Part shown: in pieces, positions 59,973 through 64,000 of the stretch
Position numbering within the stretch: the first letter of the stretch is position 1
Layout of the letters: each line of letters starts with the position of its first letter
DNA from: Tannerellaceae bacterium
Lineage (GTDB): Bacteria; Bacteroidota; Bacteroidia; Bacteroidales; Tannerellaceae
Length of the DNA: 64,000 nt
NCBI GenBank assembly: GCA_021201865.1
Contig: JAJQEE010000112.1
Location: 481 to 64,480 of the forward strand
Reading direction: 5' to 3'
Translations under genes and position numbers: made by a program
The notes under the pieces: generated by a model
The model's input: only the letters and a program-made list of their open reading frames with translations
Databases searched by the model: none
What the model was told of the DNA's origin: nothing

Positions 59973-60050
59973 ATTTGGGCAAACCATGCATAGATCGTAT
60001 GATTCCAGCGAATGTGTTTGTCATAGTGTAAAATGTGATATTGTTGACAA

Positions 60051-60743
60051 TTATTTGAACTCTTTTAATAACCGGGTCAATTGTTTTACACCTTCGGAAG
60101 CACCTGCCTGAATGAAGTGTATATCTTTCCGGTATGTGTTTACCTCCTTCGGATCGATCAGGTAGATGGGTTGTCCCCGGCGAACGTAGTTTAATAATCC
60201 GGCTGCGGGATATACATTCAGGGAAGTTCCTATGACTACCACAATGTCTGATTGTTCCATTAACCGGATGGCCGGATCGATCATAGGAACAGCTTCACCG
60301 AACCAGACAATAAAAGGGCGTAGCTGATCTCCTTTAGGATCCGTATCGCCTATATGAAGTTCCGGATTTTCCGGAGAGATGTCGAAAGGAGTGCCCGGAT
60401 CTTTGACAGAACAGGATTTCATTAATTCTCCATGTAGATGCAGCACCTTCGAACTACCCGCTCTTTCATGCAGGTTGTCTACATTCTGGGTAATGATCTC
60501 TACATCGAACTCTTTTTCCAAAGCGGCTAATCCATAATGTCCTTCATTGGGTTCACAGGTTAGTAGTTGCCGGCGCCGTTGATTGTAGAATTCGAGCACT
60601 AATTGTGGGTTGGCAGCAAATGCTTCCGGAGTAGCTACTTCTTCTACCCGGTACTTTTCCCACAGGCCATCTGAATCCCGGAAGGTGGAGATCCCGCTTT
60701 CCGCACTCATGCCTGCACCTGTTAAAACAACTAATTTTTTCAT
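60051..60743 (-). CDS. cobB: Sir2-family NAD-dependent protein deacylase (CobB/NpdA-like)
   Basis: 230 aa. GAGMSAESGISTFRD, QNVDNLHERAG, HLHGE, and GTSLNVYPAAGL. This is standalone, housekeeping-type architecture. Confidence 0.85.
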   Translation of the reverse strand: MKKLVVLTGAGMSAESGISTFRDSDGLWEKYRVEEVATPEAFAANPQLVLEFYNQRRRQLLTCEPNEGHYGLAALEKEFDVEIITQNVDNLHERAGSSKVLHLHGELMKSCSVKDPGTPFDISPENPELHIGDTDPKGDQLRPFIVWFGEAVPMIDPAIRLMEQSDIVVVIGTSLNVYPAAGLLNYVRRGQPIYLIDPKEVNTYRKDIHFIQAGASEGVKQLTRLLKEFK

Positions 60744-61052
60744 GAACTATTTCTGTTTTCCGTGGATTGCAAACTTACTGAAAATAGTTGAATTTCTTTC
60801 AGCCGGCAGGTTGTTTCCGGATGAAATTGTACTTAGTCTTTACAACTGTTTCACCCTATATTTGTTATTAGGAAAAGGGACAATGAAAGAAGTACTATTA
60901 CCTATCAACCAACAATATAATGGAATTGCTTATCTTTGTCAGATGAAACGAGCATTTGAGCAAAGGGCTAAATGGAAAGGATGCGAACAATGAGCCTGCC
61001 TTGCATGACGTATTTGCAAGTTTCATACTACCTTTAATAAAGAATAGTCTGT

Positions 61053-62267
61053 ATGAAAGAATTTGTTATATCTGAGGCTCAGACTGAAAAAGCAGTGTTG
61101 GTTGGTTTGATCACTCCCCAACAGAATGAGCAGAAAGTAAAAGAATATTTGGATGAATTGGATTTTCTGGCTGATACGGCCGGTGTTCAGACGGTAAAAA
61201 AGTTTTACCAGCGTCTGGATCATCCGCATCCTGTGACCTTTGTCGGTAAAGGTAAATTGCAGGAGATCAAGGAATATGTAGTTGAAAACGAAGTGGGGGT
61301 CGTAATCTTTGATGATGAACTTTCTCCTAAACAATTGCGTAATATAGAGAAAGAGTTACAGGTAAAGATCCTGGACCGTACGAATCTGATACTGGATATT
61401 TTTGCTAAACGTGCCCAAACGGCCCATGCAAAAACACAGGTGGAATTGGCACAGTACAAATATATGCTTCCCCGCCTGACCCGTTTGTGGACGCACTTAG
61501 AGAGACAACGGGGTGGAGTTGGTATGCGTGGGCCGGGGGAAACCCAGTTGGAAACAGACCGCCGTATTATTCTGGATAAGATCGATAAGTTGAAAAAGGA
61601 CCTGGTAGAGATCGATAAACAGAAAAGTGTGCAACGGAAGAACCGGGGGAAAATGGTTCGTGTGGCATTAGTTGGTTATACCAATGTGGGTAAGTCTACC
61701 TTGATGAACCTGTTAAGTAAAAGTGAGGTGTTTGCAGAAAATAAATTATTCGCCACATTGGATACGACCGTTCGTAAAGTGATCATCGAAAATCTTCCGT
61801 TCCTGTTATCTGATACGGTTGGGTTTATCCGTAAATTGCCTACTGAGCTGGTGGAATCATTTAAATCTACGTTGGACGAAGTCCGGGAAGCTGACCTGTT
61901 GGTCCATGTCGTGGACATTTCCCATCCTACTTTTGAAGAACAGATCCAGGTAGTCAATAAAACATTGTCTGAGATCGATGATTCGGAAAAACCCATGATC
62001 ATGGTTTTCAATAAAATCGATGCTTTTACGTTTGCTCCTAAAGAGGAAGATGATCTGACTCCCCGGACCCGTGAAAATGTAGATCTGGAGGAGCTGAAAA
62101 AGACCTGGATGGGTAAAATGCAGGATAATTGTATATTTATTTCGGCAAAAGACCGTACAAATATAGAAGCGTTAAAGGAGATGTTATATGAACGTGTTAA
62201 ACAGATCCATGTGACCCGTTTCCCATATAATGACTTTCTTTTCCAGCAATATGATGTAGAAGAATAA
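61053..62267 (+). CDS. hflX: GTPase HflX
   Basis: 404 aa. HflX N-terminal domain (..AVLVGL..ELDFLADTAG..), G motifs GYTNVGKST, DTVGF and NKID. Confidence 0.93.
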   Translation: MKEFVISEAQTEKAVLVGLITPQQNEQKVKEYLDELDFLADTAGVQTVKKFYQRLDHPHPVTFVGKGKLQEIKEYVVENEVGVVIFDDELSPKQLRNIEKELQVKILDRTNLILDIFAKRAQTAHAKTQVELAQYKYMLPRLTRLWTHLERQRGGVGMRGPGETQLETDRRIILDKIDKLKKDLVEIDKQKSVQRKNRGKMVRVALVGYTNVGKSTLMNLLSKSEVFAENKLFATLDTTVRKVIIENLPFLLSDTVGFIRKLPTELVESFKSTLDEVREADLLVHVVDISHPTFEEQIQVVNKTLSEIDDSEKPMIMVFNKIDAFTFAPKEEDDLTPRTRENVDLEELKKTWMGKMQDNCIFISAKDRTNIEALKEMLYERVKQIHVTRFPYNDFLFQQYDVEE

Positions 62268-62277
62268 AAATTAGAAG

Positions 62278-64000
62278 ATGGCAAAAAGAAATTTACGTTC
62301 TGAAGAGATTGCGCGCCTGCAATCTCAGCGATGTTGTGCCGATGACTGGAGTCGTATCTTAGTTCCTGAAACATTTGAGGTGGAACATGTGGAAGAGGTC
62401 CGTTTCTCCGGGACGGTGGAACTGGGATCCTTTCAAAAGATTTTTGAACTTCCGGGTGGTCTGAAAAAGCATAGTGGTATTAAAAAAGCGACTCTTCACA
62501 ACTGTGTGGTCGGTGATAATGTCCTGATCGAGAATGTGCAGAATTATATCGCAAACTACCGGATTGGCAGGAACTGTTTTATTCAGAATGTAAATAAGAT
62601 CCTGACGGAAGGAAAAGCCACCTTCGGAAATAATGTGCCGGTATCGGTCCTGAATGAGACCGGTGGGCGGGAGGTGCCTATCTATGATGGCCTGTCTGCT
62701 TCGCTGGCCTATATCATTGCTTTATACCGTCATCGTCCGGAACTGATCAGCCGGTTACAAAAGCTGATCAGTGCCTATACGGAACAGATCTCTTCTACCT
62801 GGGGAACCATTGGCGAAGAGGTGAAAATCGTGAATGCCGGTACGATCCTGAATGTGAAGATCGGGGATTATGCCGTGGTTGAGAATAGTACCCGGTTGGA
62901 GAATGGCTCTATCAATAGCCACCGGGAAGCGCCTGTTTTTGTGGGTGACAGTGTGATCGCACAGGATTTTATCATCTCTTCGGGAGCTGTTGTGTCTGAT
63001 GCCGCGAAGATCATTCGCTGTTTCATAGGGCAGGCCTGTCATGTCACTCATAATTTTTCTGCACATGATTCCCTGTTATTCAGTAATTGTGCTTTTGAAA
63101 ATGGGGAGGCGTGTGCTATTTTTGCCGGTCCTTTTACGGTTTCCATGCATAAGAGTAGTTTACTGATTGCCGGAATGTATTCTTTTCTGAATGCAGGCAG
63201 CGGATCTAATCAAAGTAACCATATGTATAAACTGGGACCGATCCATCAGGGAATTGTGGAGCGGGGATCTAAAACCACCAGCGATTCTTATATTCTCTGG
63301 CCGGCCCGGGTGGGAGCTTTTTCGTTGGTTATGGGACGGCATCATCATCACAGTGATACTTCTGATATTCCTTTTTCCTATCTGATCGAAAAGGATGATG
63401 AAACTTATTTAGTGCTCGGTGTCAATCTGCGAAGTGTGGGAACGATCCGGGATGCTCAGAAATGGCCGAAACGGGATAAACGGACGGATACTGTTTTGCT
63501 GGATAAGATCAACTATAATCTGTTGAGTCCGTATACGATCCAGAAAATGATGAAAGCAGTGGAAATTCTGGAGGAATTACAGGAACTGGTGGGTGAAACA
63601 TCCGAGATCTATTATTATCAGAATACCCGGATCAAAGGATCTTCGTTAGTGAAGGGGCTGAAGCTGTACCGGATGGCGATCGATAAGTTTTTAGGGAATT
63701 CCCTGATCAAACGGTTGGAGCATACAAATTTCAGATCTGTTCAGGAGGTCAGGCAACAATTGGCTACCGAGGAGACCAATGGTTCCGGTGAATGGCTGGA
63801 TTTGTCCGGGCTGATCATCCCCAGGAATACGCTGGAGATCTTGTTGGGCCGGATAGAGGAGGGAAGTATTTTCACGTTACAGGAAATTGAAGACTTCTTT
63901 GAACAGGAATATCAGAAATATTATTTCCGGGAATGGATCTGGGCTTATGAAAAAATAGAATCTTATTACGGAGTGGATCTGCGTTCCATCACACCGGAGG
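62278..64000 (+). CDS. DUF4954-like protein (predicted left-handed beta-helix). The 3' end lies outside the window.
   Basis: The frame is open from ATG 62278 to the window end, and it is absent from the ORF track only because no stop is reached. Sequence MAKRNLRSEEIARLQSQRCCADDWSRILV..., ..FAGPFTVSMHKSSLLIAGMYSFLNAGSGSNQSNHMYKLGP... The family name is from memory and tentative. Confidence 0.6.
   Translation, partial: MAKRNLRSEEIARLQSQRCCADDWSRILVPETFEVEHVEEVRFSGTVELGSFQKIFELPGGLKKHSGIKKATLHNCVVGDNVLIENVQNYIANYRIGRNCFIQNVNKILTEGKATFGNNVPVSVLNETGGREVPIYDGLSASLAYIIALYRHRPELISRLQKLISAYTEQISSTWGTIGEEVKIVNAGTILNVKIGDYAVVENSTRLENGSINSHREAPVFVGDSVIAQDFIISSGAVVSDAAKIIRCFIGQACHVTHNFSAHDSLLFSNCAFENGEACAIFAGPFTVSMHKSSLLIAGMYSFLNAGSGSNQSNHMYKLGPIHQGIVERGSKTTSDSYILWPARVGAFSLVMGRHHHHSDTSDIPFSYLIEKDDETYLVLGVNLRSVGTIRDAQKWPKRDKRTDTVLLDKINYNLLSPYTIQKMMKAVEILEELQELVGETSEIYYYQNTRIKGSSLVKGLKLYRMAIDKFLGNSLIKRLEHTNFRSVQEVRQQLATEETNGSGEWLDLSGLIIPRNTLEILLGRIEEGSIFTLQEIEDFFEQEYQKYYFREWIWAYEKIESYYGVDLRSITPE

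Noticed and set aside
60051-60743. The Sir2-domain protein as part of an anti-phage system (Thoeris ThsA, DSR, SIR2-HerA, or pAgo-associated).
   Set aside because: It is a 230-aa standalone sirtuin with the housekeeping CobB/NpdA motif set. It has no fused SLOG, TIR or helicase domain and no partner gene. Its neighbours are hflX and an esterase.
60610-60993. The 127-aa ORF spanning the cobB 5' end and the cobB-hflX spacer.
   Set aside because: Its first third is antisense to cobB. The remainder is AT-rich spacer with no recognisable domain, promoter or RBS context.
1-64000. CRISPR arrays, rRNA/tRNA genes, IS transposases, integrases, and prophage or conjugative genes.
   Set aside because: I saw no regularly spaced direct repeats with unique spacers, no tRNA cloverleaf candidates, and no ORF with transposase, integrase or phage signatures. 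The repeats present are inverted rather than direct.

Overview
This is a 64-kb chromosomal segment with Bacteroidota (Bacteroidales-type) hallmarks: SusC/SusD pairs, ECF sigma/FecR-type anti-sigma modules, TAnnTTTG promoter motifs, and the gene order dapB-lepB-lepB'-wbqC. It holds three polysaccharide-utilisation loci. The first is SusC/SusD + GH31(PA14) + a TAT-signal TIM-barrel isomerase (1-8580). The second is sigma/anti-sigma/SusC/SusD/GH97 on the minus strand (23.9-32.7 kb). The third is sigma/anti-sigma/SusC/SusD/sulfatase on the minus strand (49.6-57.9 kb). There is also a sigma/OMP/FecR/TonB-receptor/DUF4249 cluster (10.4-16.4 kb) and a sigma/anti-sigma-beta-barrel/LVIVD cluster (17.3-20.5 kb). 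Housekeeping genes are trpS, lepB, dapB, cysS, pfkA, rnc, fabF, acpP, purN, cobB-like and hflX. I found no rRNA, tRNA, CRISPR array, transposase, integrase or recognisable defence system. Two points stand out. (1) About 14 reading frames are broken exactly at homopolymer runs. Most are repaired by adding one base, so they look like consensus undercalls rather than real pseudogenes. (2) Nearly every long intergenic spacer is filled by large nested-palindromic non-coding repeats of at least three related families. The most striking is a ~525-bp element present twice (20.6 kb and 59.4 kb, opposite orientation). The interiors of its ~90-nt arms have diverged between copies, yet the arms stay almost perfectly self-complementary within each copy. 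They surround a ~90% conserved core hairpin and are studded with GGTATTCA motifs. I cannot assign these elements to any named IS, MITE or ncRNA family from memory. They are my best candidate for something undescribed.
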